Shown here in pieces: positions 1 to 8,874 of a stretch of 64,000 nucleotides of DNA (position 1 is its first letter; every line of letters starts with the position of its first letter). Both the position numbers and the translations under genes were made by a program. Source of the DNA: Myxococcales bacterium (GTDB taxonomy: Bacteria; Myxococcota_A; Polyangia; Polyangiales; Houyiibacteriaceae); assembly GCA_024640845.1 (NCBI GenBank), contig JAHEEE010000145.1, positions 456 to 64,455 of the forward strand. The letters are read 5' to 3'. The notes beneath the pieces are model-generated. The model did not search any database. It was not told the DNA's origin and saw only the letters and a list, made by a program, of their open reading frames with translations.

Positions 1-2572
1 TCAGCACGCGCGCCTGGTCTTCGTGGGCTTGGCCGTCCTTACCGTTGGTCTTGGTTCGGCGATTCCCTGGATCCAAGTCGATACCGACCCCGAGAACATG
101 CTCGCGGAGGACGACCCCGCCCGCGTCTTCCACAACGAGACCAAGGCGGAGTTCTCCCTCCACGACCTGATCGTCGTGGGCGTCGTGAACGAGTCCGACG
201 ACGAAGGGGTCTTCAATCCCGAGTCGCTGACCCGTATTCACCAGCTCAACGAGCACCTGAAGTCGATCGATGGCGTCATCGCGCGGGACGTGCTCGGGCC
301 ATCGACGATGGACAACATCGAGCAAGCGGGTCCCGGCACGATACGCTTCGAGTGGTTGATGGAGCAGCCGCCAAAGACCCCCGAAGAAGCGCTTGCGATC
401 AAGGAGGCCGCGCTTCGCCTTCCCATGTTGCGAGGCACCGTGGTCTCGGAGGACGGCAAGAGCGTCGCGCTTTACGTCCCGATTGAGAACAAGCACGAGA
501 GCCATCGCATCTCTGAAGAGATCGAATCCTTCATCGCCGGCCTTGGCGACAACAACGACGACTTCTACATCACGGGACTTCCCGTTGCTGAGGACACCTT
601 CGGCGTCGAGATGTTCACGCAGATGGCGGTCAGCGCGCCCCTCGCTGCGCTCGTCATCTTCCTTCTCATGTGGTGGTTCTTTCGGTCCTTTTCGCTGGTT
701 CTCTCTCCGATGATCGTTGCGATGACCACCGTGATAATGACGATGGGCGCACTGATTGCGAGCGGCTTTACCGTTCACATCATGAGCTCGATGATCCCGA
801 TCTTTCTGATGCCGATCGCAGTGGTCGACTCGGTGCACTTACTTTCGGAGTTCGTCGACATCTATCCGAAGTCCGGCGATCGCAAGAAGGCCATTCGCGA
901 AGTCGTGGGGCATCTCTTTGCGCCCATGCTCTATACCTCGCTCACGTCCGCGGCGGGCTTCCTTTCCCTGATGTTGACGCCGATTCCCCCGGTTCGGGTC
1001 TTCGGTGGCTTCGTCGCCCTTGGCATCGGCATTGCTTTCATCCTCACGATTCTCTTCGTTCCAGCGTACATCGCGGCTCTCCCAGAGAAGCGATTGGCAG
1101 CGCTGCTATCGAGCAAACCTGAAGCCAACGAGGGCGGCTTTCTCGGACGCATGGTCGAGGCCGTGGGCGCCAAGAGCCTTCGCTTCGCCAAGCCCATCCT
1201 CGTTCTGACCGTCGCGGTCATCGCGGTTAGTGGTTACGGAATCTCGCAGATCAACATCAACGACAACCCCGTCCGTTGGTTCAAGTCCTCTCACAAGATA
1301 CGCGTGGCGGACGAAGTCCTGAACCGGGAGCTGGCTGGCACCTACACCGCTTTCCTCATCATGAAACAGGACGTGGACGCGGAGCGCGCGATCGTCGCAG
1401 CCGGTGACGCCGCCGTCGAGGGAGCGAGCGACCCGATCCGCGCCAAGTGGAGCGAGCTCAAGACCGCGGCAGAAACCGCGAGCAACGAAGGGGTCACCAA
1501 CGTTTCCGATGCTCTCGTCGAGGCGACGTCGGACCTCGTGTTCGACACGGCTGGCGACGAGTCCGCGCAATGGCAGGCGGTACAGACCGCCCTCGAGGAA
1601 GCGCAGACGGCTTCCAAGACCTTCCAAAGCCCCGAGCACCTCGCCTACATCGAGCAGCTCCAAGAGAAGGCGGAGTCCCTGCCTCTCGTTGGCAAGACCA
1701 ACTCGATCGCGGATGTCGTGAAGACCGTTTACCGCGAGCTGATCAGCGGTGAGGAAGAGGACTACCGAATCCCCGATACGACCGAAGGCGTCGCGCAGAC
1801 GCTTCTTCAGTTCCAGTCGTCTCACCGGCCCGATGACCTCTGGCACCTCGTGAGCCCAGACTACCGCGAGAGCGCGGTTTGGATGCAGCTCAAGAGCGGT
1901 GACAACCAAGACATGCTCACGGTGAAGACGGAAATCGACGGGTTCCTCGCTGAAAACCCGCCACCCGAGGGCCTTCATGCCGAATGGGCCGGCCTCACCT
2001 ACATCAACGTGGTTTGGCAAGAGGAGATGGTCGGTGGGATGCTCGAGAGCCTGATGGGCGCGTTCGTCATCGTGTTTCTCATGATGATGATCCTGTTCCG
2101 GTCGCCGGTCTATGGCGTGCTCGCGATGGTGCCGCTCACGATCACCATCGTGTTCACCTACGGGCTCATCGGCCTCATCGGAAAGGATTACGACATGCCG
2201 GTCGCCGTGCTGTCATCACTGACGCTCGGCCTCTCGGTCGACTTCGCGATTCATTTCCTCGAGCGGGCGCGCTCGATCCAGGCCGAGACCGGCAGTTGGA
2301 GCGAAACGATGACGCTCATGTTCCAGGAGCCCGGTAGGGCGATCACCCGCAACGCGATCGTCATCGCCATTGGCTTCCTACCGCTCTTGGCGGCGCCACT
2401 CGTTCCCTACAACACCGTCGGCTTCCTGATGGCCGCCATCATGGCCGTCTCGAGCATCGTCACCGTGATGCTGCTGCCCGCGATCATGATCAACATCCAA
2501 AACCGGCTTCCCACCAAGAAAGAACAGGCCAGCGCCGACAACTCGGCGCAGCTGAAGGAGCAGACGACATGA
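1..2572 (+). CDS. MMPL/RND-superfamily membrane exporter (5' end runs off the window)
   Basis: 849-aa ORF whose frame stays open back to nt 2. Two blocks of hydrophobic helices are separated by large soluble regions, the typical MMPL/HpnN-like topology. The stop overlaps the next start (ATGA at 2569-2572). Confidence 0.85.
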   Translation, partial: QHARLVFVGLAVLTVGLGSAIPWIQVDTDPENMLAEDDPARVFHNETKAEFSLHDLIVVGVVNESDDEGVFNPESLTRIHQLNEHLKSIDGVIARDVLGPSTMDNIEQAGPGTIRFEWLMEQPPKTPEEALAIKEAALRLPMLRGTVVSEDGKSVALYVPIENKHESHRISEEIESFIAGLGDNNDDFYITGLPVAEDTFGVEMFTQMAVSAPLAALVIFLLMWWFFRSFSLVLSPMIVAMTTVIMTMGALIASGFTVHIMSSMIPIFLMPIAVVDSVHLLSEFVDIYPKSGDRKKAIREVVGHLFAPMLYTSLTSAAGFLSLMLTPIPPVRVFGGFVALGIGIAFILTILFVPAYIAALPEKRLAALLSSKPEANEGGFLGRMVEAVGAKSLRFAKPILVLTVAVIAVSGYGISQININDNPVRWFKSSHKIRVADEVLNRELAGTYTAFLIMKQDVDAERAIVAAGDAAVEGASDPIRAKWSELKTAAETASNEGVTNVSDALVEATSDLVFDTAGDESAQWQAVQTALEEAQTASKTFQSPEHLAYIEQLQEKAESLPLVGKTNSIADVVKTVYRELISGEEEDYRIPDTTEGVAQTLLQFQSSHRPDDLWHLVSPDYRESAVWMQLKSGDNQDMLTVKTEIDGFLAENPPPEGLHAEWAGLTYINVVWQEEMVGGMLESLMGAFVIVFLMMMILFRSPVYGVLAMVPLTITIVFTYGLIGLIGKDYDMPVAVLSSLTLGLSVDFAIHFLERARSIQAETGSWSETMTLMFQEPGRAITRNAIVIAIGFLPLLAAPLVPYNTVGFLMAAIMAVSSIVTVMLLPAIMINIQNRLPTKKEQASADNSAQLKEQTT

Positions 2573-3378
2573 AGACCGTAACCAAGACCTGGTTGGTGGC
2601 TCTCGCCGCCGCGATCCTCCTCTCGAGTCCCTCGGCACACGCCGAGGCGGGAGATCTCGCCAACGCGAGTGAGATCGTGAACCGAACCAACGCCGCTCAG
2701 TACTATGCGGCCAACGACGGACGGGCACTAGTCCGAATGAAGATCGTAGACAACAAGGGCCGCTCCCAACGCAGGCAGTTCGCTGTACTGCGACGAGACG
2801 TGAAAGACGGAGGCGATCAAAACTACCTCGTCGTCTTCGACCAGCCGGCCGATGTTCGCAACACCGCATTTCTCGTCAAGAAGCACACGGGCAAGGACGA
2901 CGACCGCTGGCTCTACCTGCCAGGGCTCGACTTGGTGAAGCGAATTGCCGCGAGCGACGAGCGCACGAGCTTCGTTGGCACGCACTTCTTCTATGAAGAC
3001 ATCTCGGGGCGGCATCCGTCGGAAGATACCCACCAGCTCGTCGAAACGACGGACACCGAGTACGTGGTGAAGAGCACGCCCAAGAGCGAAAAGGGCGTCG
3101 AGTTCGCGCACTACATGCTTCGGATCAACAAGAAAACCTTCTTGCCAAGCACGGTCGAGTACGTGAACGCGCAAGGGAAGGTCTACCGACGGATCGAGAC
3201 CGTCAAGGTCGACGACATTCAGGGCAAGCCCACCATCACGCGTCTCAAGGTCAGTGACCTCGAGTCGGGCGGCTACACGCTGAGCGACGTCAGCAACGTC
3301 GAGTACGACCTCGGCATCCCCGACGACATCTTCGTCGAGGGGTCTTTGCGCAACCCGCCCCAGAAGTGGCTTCGCTGA
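2569..3378 (+). CDS. LolA-like outer-membrane lipoprotein-sorting family protein
   Basis: Signal peptide MKTVTKTWLVALAAAILLSSPSAHA. About 270 aa, the size and sequence style of the LolA-fold proteins usually encoded next to MMPL exporters. Translationally coupled to the exporter. Confidence 0.65.
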   Translation: MKTVTKTWLVALAAAILLSSPSAHAEAGDLANASEIVNRTNAAQYYAANDGRALVRMKIVDNKGRSQRRQFAVLRRDVKDGGDQNYLVVFDQPADVRNTAFLVKKHTGKDDDRWLYLPGLDLVKRIAASDERTSFVGTHFFYEDISGRHPSEDTHQLVETTDTEYVVKSTPKSEKGVEFAHYMLRINKKTFLPSTVEYVNAQGKVYRRIETVKVDDIQGKPTITRLKVSDLESGGYTLSDVSNVEYDLGIPDDIFVEGSLRNPPQKWLR

Positions 3379-3386
3379 GTAGAACG

Positions 3387-5006
3387 ATGAAACCGACGAT
3401 CTGTAAGACGAAGCAGTGTCGAAGTGGCGTTCCGTCGCTCCGGTGCTTGGCCGTCGCTGCCCTGGTCTTTGCGGCTGTCGCCTTCGCGTCCGGCGCATTC
3501 GCACAGGATTCGGAGGCTACGGCCGCAAGCGTCGAGGAGGGCGTCGGCGAGCCCGACGCTGGACCAAGTACCGCCGCCGACGCTGAGGCGAAGGCCGAGC
3601 CGAGGGCAGAGGAGACACTGCAAGCGGAAGTCGAAGGTCCGGTGGATGCCGCCGAGAGCGCCAAGACGCCAGAGGAGCTCGCTGGTGACGCCGCCCAACA
3701 GACCGGCGACGACGACTGGGACGAGTTCGACGATTGGGTAGAGGAAGACAGCGGCGATGGAGGAGGCGCGAGCGGCAAGGCGTGGGGCTTTCAGCTCGGC
3801 GGCTTCGTCGAGGGTCTCGTCGCTCCGCGCGTGGTTCAAAGCAGCGCGAGCGCGAACGAGTTCGTTGCTGGCGAAGCGCGCTTTCGACTCAACCTCGACG
3901 CGACCCATGATGTTGCAAGCGCCCGCTTTCGCGGCGATGTCTTTGCCGATGCAGTCGAAAGTCGCATTTGGTTCGACATTCGAGATGCGTCGATCTTCGT
4001 GCGGGGCGGCGATTGGTTCAGCATGCGCTTCGGCCGCCAAGTGCTCACCTGGGGCACGGGCGACTTCCTCTTTCTGAACGACCTTTTCCCGAAGGACTTC
4101 AACTCCTTCTTCATCGGGCGCGCCGACGAGTACCTGAAGGCGCCGTCCAACTCGATTCAAACGACCTTCATGATGAAGAAGGTCGGCCTCGATCTCGTCT
4201 GGACGCCGATCTTCGAGCCGGACCGCTTCATCGACGGGGAGCGTCTGTCGTTCTTCAATCCGCTGACCGGCCAGATCCAGGGCGACCGCTCTCCCTTGAG
4301 CCCACTCGATCCGACCTTCCCCGAGAAGCGGCTTCGGAACGGCAGCGTTCATGGGCGGCTCTACGGGAGTGCCGGTCCGGTCGAGCTCGCGGCTTACGGT
4401 TACGTCGGGTTCTGGCCCCAGCCGACCGCCCTCAGCGGGCCGCTCGCTCCACCCCCCGACGCGCCGACCGCGGCTTTTGCAAGGCTTGCGGTGTACGGCG
4501 CCAGCGTTCGCGCGCCCCTCGGCGGCGGCCTCATGAACGTGGAAGGCGCCTTCTACGACTCGTTCGACGACCGCGCAGGCACCGATCCGACGATTCCCAA
4601 CTCGCAGTTCCGAGGTCTCGTCGGCTACGAACGCGAGCTCTTTCCGAAGTTCCAGATGGGGCTCCAGTACTACCTCGAGTACACGTTGAAGTATGACGAG
4701 CTGACGGCTCCGGGCGACCCACCAGGTTCATACTGGCCAGAGTATCTGCCGAACCGATTTCGCCAGTTGATCACGCTGCGACTAACCCAGCTTCTCCTGA
4801 TGGACAAGCTCGAGCTCTCGCTCTTCACCTTCTTCTCGCCTGACGAGCTCGACACCTACATCCGTCCGCGCGTCACCTACAAGATCATCGATCCGCTGGC
4901 CATCGTCGTGGGCGCGAACCTCATGTTCGGCCGCTATGACTACACGTTCTTCGGCCAGCTCAAAGAGAACACGAACGTGTACGTGAGAATGCGTTACTCG
5001 TTCTAG
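3387..5006 (+). CDS. Putative outer-membrane beta-barrel protein with acidic N-terminal linker
   Basis: ATG at 3387 followed by a signal peptide (...AFASGAFA/QD). Asp/Glu-rich low-complexity stretch, then alternating beta-strand-like sequence. C-terminal ...YVRMRYSF ends in an aromatic residue, as in Bam substrates. The ORF-track GTG at 3366 overlaps the upstream stop and is less likely. Confidence 0.6.
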   Translation: MKPTICKTKQCRSGVPSLRCLAVAALVFAAVAFASGAFAQDSEATAASVEEGVGEPDAGPSTAADAEAKAEPRAEETLQAEVEGPVDAAESAKTPEELAGDAAQQTGDDDWDEFDDWVEEDSGDGGGASGKAWGFQLGGFVEGLVAPRVVQSSASANEFVAGEARFRLNLDATHDVASARFRGDVFADAVESRIWFDIRDASIFVRGGDWFSMRFGRQVLTWGTGDFLFLNDLFPKDFNSFFIGRADEYLKAPSNSIQTTFMMKKVGLDLVWTPIFEPDRFIDGERLSFFNPLTGQIQGDRSPLSPLDPTFPEKRLRNGSVHGRLYGSAGPVELAAYGYVGFWPQPTALSGPLAPPPDAPTAAFARLAVYGASVRAPLGGGLMNVEGAFYDSFDDRAGTDPTIPNSQFRGLVGYERELFPKFQMGLQYYLEYTLKYDELTAPGDPPGSYWPEYLPNRFRQLITLRLTQLLLMDKLELSLFTFFSPDELDTYIRPRVTYKIIDPLAIVVGANLMFGRYDYTFFGQLKENTNVYVRMRYSF

Positions 5007-5032
5007 GGATTTGCAACGAAAGGAACACGAAA

Positions 5033-5233
5033 ATGAACATCGACAAACTGGTTTTTCGAGTCGCTGGGGTGATGATCATGACCGGCGTGGTACTTGCCTT
5101 CATTCACCACATCGGATGGCTCGCGCTTCCGGCGTTCGTCGGCCTCAACATGTTTCAGGCCTCCTTCACTGGCTTCTGCCCCATGGCGAGCATCGCAAAG
5201 CGCTTCGGCGTCGAGCAGGGAAGCGCGTTCTGA
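5033..5233 (+). CDS. DUF2892 (YgaP C-terminal-like) small membrane protein
   Basis: 66 aa with two hydrophobic helices and the characteristic ...FQASFTGFCP... motif. Confidence 0.6.
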   Translation: MNIDKLVFRVAGVMIMTGVVLAFIHHIGWLALPAFVGLNMFQASFTGFCPMASIAKRFGVEQGSAF

Positions 5234-5254
5234 GTGTGTGATCTTGCCGGGCTG

Positions 5255-7465
5255 CTAGTTTCGACCGTCGGCGTGGCAATCTAGGCAGAAGTTGGGGGGC
5301 GCAGGACCACTCGGGTAGTTGCGCACCTCTCTGTGCTTCGGATCCAACTCGCTTCGCGTGTGCTCGCCATCATGGCACCCGACACAGTCGGCGTTCTGGC
5401 CGCCGACCGGCGAGCCCAGTGCCACGTTGTGACAGGACGCGCAGTCGTTGCGGTATCGCGAGTGGGCTCCCGATTGAATCGGGAAAGCGCTTTCGGGATG
5501 GATGCCACCCGTGGCGGGAAGCCACGCCGACGTCGCATGGCAGCCCAGGCAGTCGCCCGTGCCTGGGTGTGTCGTAGTCGTCGGACGTTGTGATTCGTGA
5601 CAGTCGTAGCAGCGGGTCGGCGTCGGAGAATGTGCGAACGCTGACGGTGTCCAGACCGGATACGAGTGATGACAGCTCGCACACTCCGGGTCGTAGGTTT
5701 GCGTATGGAACGGGTTGTTCGAGCGGGGTTCGCTTCCATGGCAGCCGATACAGGTGGCCGGGAGGGGCGTATGAAGTGCCACCGGGTCGGCAAGTGTCCA
5801 GTCGGTGACGACGTGGCAGCCCGCGCAGTCACCGAGGCCCGCGGCAGATTGGTGCGTCGGCGTCGCGGGCCGCAGATCGCCATGGCAAGCGTTGCAGGCG
5901 CTCGGCACGGGTGCGTGAAGGAAGTCAGCCTGTGTCCAATCCGGATAGTTTCGGTGACAGCTGGCGCACTCTGTCTGCGAGACCTGCGTGTGGAAAATCG
6001 TGGGCTGCCGCGGCTCGTTCTGGTGACACGTCAGACAGGATGCCGGAAGCGGCGTGTGGAGAGTCGCCGGGTCCGCTGCGGCCCAGCTCGTGACGAGGTG
6101 GCACGATGCGCAATCGCCCTGGCCCGCCGCGGTTTGGTGTGTGGCAGTGTTTGGCCTCTTGTCCGAGTGGCAGTCTACACAAGTGCTCGGAGCGGGTGCA
6201 TGCGGGAAGTCCGCCAGCATCCAGTCTGGATAGTCGTAGTGGCAGCGGGCGCACTCGGGCTCTACCGACTGGATATGGTAGGTCGTGGGCTCTCGCGGCT
6301 CGGTTTGGTGACACGTCCTGCAAGACGCTGGGAGCGGCGCGTGGAGCGCGTCTGGGTCGGTGATTGTCCAGTCGTCGACGACGTGACAGCGGGCACAGTC
6401 GGCGAGCCCCGCGGCGGACTGATGGGTCGGTGTGCTGGGTCTCAGATCGCGATGACAGTCGCTACAGACGCTCGGCACCGGCAAATGCAGGAAGTCGGCG
6501 GGTATCCATTCCGGATAGGTCCGGTGACAGCGTGCGCACTCCGGTTCGAGGACCTGAGCGTGGAAGATCGTGTCGGGTTGCGAGTCGTTTTCGTGACACG
6601 TGAAGCACGACGCCGGAAGTGGTGTATGGATGGCCTCCGGGTCCGTCGTCGCCCAATCGTCTACGACGTGGCAACCGGCACAATCCGCGCGACCGGCAGT
6701 CGAGTCGTGCGTCGGATCCATGGGCCTCTCTTCGCTGTGGCAGTCGGTACAGGTGCTTGGCACGGGCGCATGAGCGAAGTCGGCGGGTACCCACTCCGGG
6801 TAAGTCTGGTGACAGCTCGCACACTCCGTCTCGACGGACTGAGTGTGGAAGACGGTCTCCGGTAGCGGGTCGTTCTGATGGCACGTGCTGCAAGACGCGG
6901 GCAGGGGAGTGTGAAGCTCCGCCGGGTCCGTGACGGCCCAATCGCTGACGATGTGGCAGGAGGCACAATCCGCCTGGCCTTGCGGCGCCTGGTGCGTCGG
7001 CGTGTCCGGTCTCCGGTCGGAGTGACAGTCCATGCAGACGCGTGTTGCTGGCGCGTGAAGGAAGTTTGCCTGCATCCAATCCGGATAGCTCCGGTGGCAG
7101 CCAGCGCACTCGGTCTCAAGATCCTGAGTGTGGAAGACGGTCTCTTGTCGGGTCTCGTCTGCATGGCAAGAGATGCACGATTCCGGAAGCGGCGTGTGGA
7201 TCGTCGTAGAGACTGCGGGCACCCACTCGCGCTCCGTGTGGCAGTCCTGACAGGTGGTGGGTAGCGTCTCGTGCGGTGGGCTCAGCGCGGCCTTGCGGTC
7301 CGCCTCATGGCAGGTGAAGCATTCGGCTTGGACGATGATGCCAGGCTCGTGAGACGGGGCGGCCGTACCGCTGCAGCCGGCACCGATCGAAGCCCCCGCG
7401 CTGACCGCGAGCACCACAGGCCACACGAGCCGCCGATGGCAACTAACCCCCATGGGTGATATCAT
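5255..7465 (-). CDS. 29-heme c-type cytochrome lipoprotein
   Basis: 736 aa. Signal peptide with lipobox (...SIGAG/C). I counted 29 CXXCH motifs, with extra His at regular spacing consistent with bis-His ligation. Confidence 0.9.
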   Translation of the reverse strand: MISPMGVSCHRRLVWPVVLAVSAGASIGAGCSGTAAPSHEPGIIVQAECFTCHEADRKAALSPPHETLPTTCQDCHTEREWVPAVSTTIHTPLPESCISCHADETRQETVFHTQDLETECAGCHRSYPDWMQANFLHAPATRVCMDCHSDRRPDTPTHQAPQGQADCASCHIVSDWAVTDPAELHTPLPASCSTCHQNDPLPETVFHTQSVETECASCHQTYPEWVPADFAHAPVPSTCTDCHSEERPMDPTHDSTAGRADCAGCHVVDDWATTDPEAIHTPLPASCFTCHENDSQPDTIFHAQVLEPECARCHRTYPEWIPADFLHLPVPSVCSDCHRDLRPSTPTHQSAAGLADCARCHVVDDWTITDPDALHAPLPASCRTCHQTEPREPTTYHIQSVEPECARCHYDYPDWMLADFPHAPAPSTCVDCHSDKRPNTATHQTAAGQGDCASCHLVTSWAAADPATLHTPLPASCLTCHQNEPRQPTIFHTQVSQTECASCHRNYPDWTQADFLHAPVPSACNACHGDLRPATPTHQSAAGLGDCAGCHVVTDWTLADPVALHTPLPATCIGCHGSEPRSNNPFHTQTYDPECASCHHSYPVWTPSAFAHSPTPTRCYDCHESQRPTTTTHPGTGDCLGCHATSAWLPATGGIHPESAFPIQSGAHSRYRNDCASCHNVALGSPVGGQNADCVGCHDGEHTRSELDPKHREVRNYPSGPAPPNFCLDCHADGRN
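5485..7198 (-). repeat. Six tandem ~95-aa tetraheme repeat units inside the 29-heme gene
   Basis: The unit HTPLPxSCxxCH..FHTQ..ExECAxCH..YPxW..A.F.HAP.PS.C..CH...RP..PTH....G..DCA.CH.V..W...DP..L recurs six times. Boundaries are approximate. Confidence 0.8.
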
Positions 7466-7477
7466 AGCCCGAACATG

Positions 7478-7497
7478 ATTAACCCGACTAGGTTAAT
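7478..7497. promoter_or_regulatory. Inverted repeat ATTAACC-N6-GGTTAAT upstream of the 29-heme gene
   Basis: Perfect 7-bp arms in a visibly AT-rich 94-bp gap, 13-32 bp upstream of the start codon at 7465. Confidence 0.3.
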
Positions 7498-7559
7498 TAA
7501 AAGTGCCCCTAGAATCAAAGCCTTACCTCGCTTCGGCCTTCGAAAGATGGAGAGTCTGC

Positions 7560-8345
7560 TCAATGACCGGCCAGGGCGGCGGCCGGCATCGCGAAGCGTG
7601 AGTCGTCGAGGGGCGGGTTGACTTCCACGGTCTCGACGGTGAGGGTGTGCATGTCACTCGATCCCTCGGTCCGCGTTTCCTGGCGGTGCGGGATGAGGAG
7701 ACCTCCCTCGGTCGGTTGCCAGTCTCGGTAGAAGGTTTCGACGCGCCGCTCGCGCCCACCGACCGTACGTAGGGCCTCGACCTTGAGCTCGAGACCGCTT
7801 TCCGGGTCGATGTACACCCAGCGCGCGGCACCCCTGGGCAAGGTCACCTCAAGCTTGACGGCATCCCGCCCCTCAACCGACTCCGTCCCCAGGTACTCCA
7901 CGTTGTGTCCACGGGGGCCGTAATCGAAGAGGAGGCCGTAGAGGTCGGCTGCGTCCGCCGTCTCACGCAGCTCCTTCTCGGTCATCGGCTCGGGTGCTGT
8001 CCGCCCCTGGAACGGCACGAGCTTCCACCCCTCTTTGCCGTCGGTGCACTGGATGGCGGTCTCCCCGTCGAAGACGAACTCGAGGCACATCTTGTCGGGC
8101 CGCTTCTGCTCGAGCACGTACGGCACCTTCATCCCCTTGCCCACGTCCATCTGGCCTGTGAGGCGAAGCGAGGAGACGGCGTCCCAGGAGTCGTCCCCGC
8201 CGCGCGCCTCGATGTTTTCGGCGACCAAGTTGCCTATGGCCCGTGCGCGTCCGAGCGGCGTCCCAGTCCAAGAAAACAAAAAGAGCGTCACCAGGCCGAG
8301 CCCGAGGGCCGCTGCGAGCACGGATATCAACGTACTTCGTTTCAT
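7560..8345 (-). CDS. Secreted LolA-fold-like (outer-membrane lipoprotein-sorting family) protein
   Basis: 261 aa with an N-terminal hydrophobic anchor or signal. Sequence style resembles the LolA-like/DUF4292-type lipoprotein carriers. Only 6 nt from the upstream gene. Confidence 0.5.
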   Translation of the reverse strand: MKRSTLISVLAAALGLGLVTLFLFSWTGTPLGRARAIGNLVAENIEARGGDDSWDAVSSLRLTGQMDVGKGMKVPYVLEQKRPDKMCLEFVFDGETAIQCTDGKEGWKLVPFQGRTAPEPMTEKELRETADAADLYGLLFDYGPRGHNVEYLGTESVEGRDAVKLEVTLPRGAARWVYIDPESGLELKVEALRTVGGRERRVETFYRDWQPTEGGLLIPHRQETRTEGSSDMHTLTVETVEVNPPLDDSRFAMPAAALAGH

Positions 8346-8351
8346 AGATCT

Positions 8352-8864
8352 CTACCTCACCACCAGCCCATCGACGCGGAACTCACCGATCTCGATGCTG
8401 ACTTGCTGGCCCGATTTCACTAGCTGGCCGGGGTTGGCAAAGAACATCCAGTAGGTGCGTCCCTCGATGGGCGCGTTCGAGTTGCGGAGCGCGCCGGTTT
8501 TGGCCGGCGTGGGCACGACGAGCGTTGCGCCCGTCTCCGTGTGGGTCAGCGCCGGCTTGGTCTGGCGCTCGAACAGCGCCTTCGCCTTCTCTGCGTCGAG
8601 CACGCGGTACCGAAACTCGAGCATGTAACCGGCCGCGGTTTGTCGCACGCCCATGAGCTCGACACCCCAGCGGCGCTTGATGTAGGTCTTGTCGCGGGGG
8701 TGGTGGGCCAGCTCGGCCGAGGCCGCTGTCGCAGGGGAGACGGTGGCCTGAGCCGATCCCTCGAGCGCTCGCACTTCGGGCGCGGGTCCAACGAGGGCAC
8801 CGGCGATGGCGAGGCCGACCGCGAGAAACCCTAGGAGCGACCGGGAGAAATGTAGATCCACCAC
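8352..8864 (-). CDS. Secreted hypothetical protein
   Basis: 170 aa with a signal-like N-terminus (LLGFLAVGLAIAGALVG). Coding-like composition. Sits 10 nt downstream of the giant gene. I recognise no motif. Confidence 0.55.
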   Translation of the reverse strand: MVDLHFSRSLLGFLAVGLAIAGALVGPAPEVRALEGSAQATVSPATAASAELAHHPRDKTYIKRRWGVELMGVRQTAAGYMLEFRYRVLDAEKAKALFERQTKPALTHTETGATLVVPTPAKTGALRNSNAPIEGRTYWMFFANPGQLVKSGQQVSIEIGEFRVDGLVVR

Positions 8865-8874
8865 CTAGCCCTCC

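Noticed and set aside
5011-5241. Alternative 76-aa ORF overlapping the DUF2892 gene.
   Set aside because: The 5033-5233 frame gives two clean TM helices and the family motif. The alternative frame is Arg/His-rich.
5666-6865. 399-aa plus-strand ORF inside the cytochrome gene.
   Set aside because: The opposite strand encodes a perfectly periodic CXXCH protein. This frame has no motifs and a skewed R/G/V composition.
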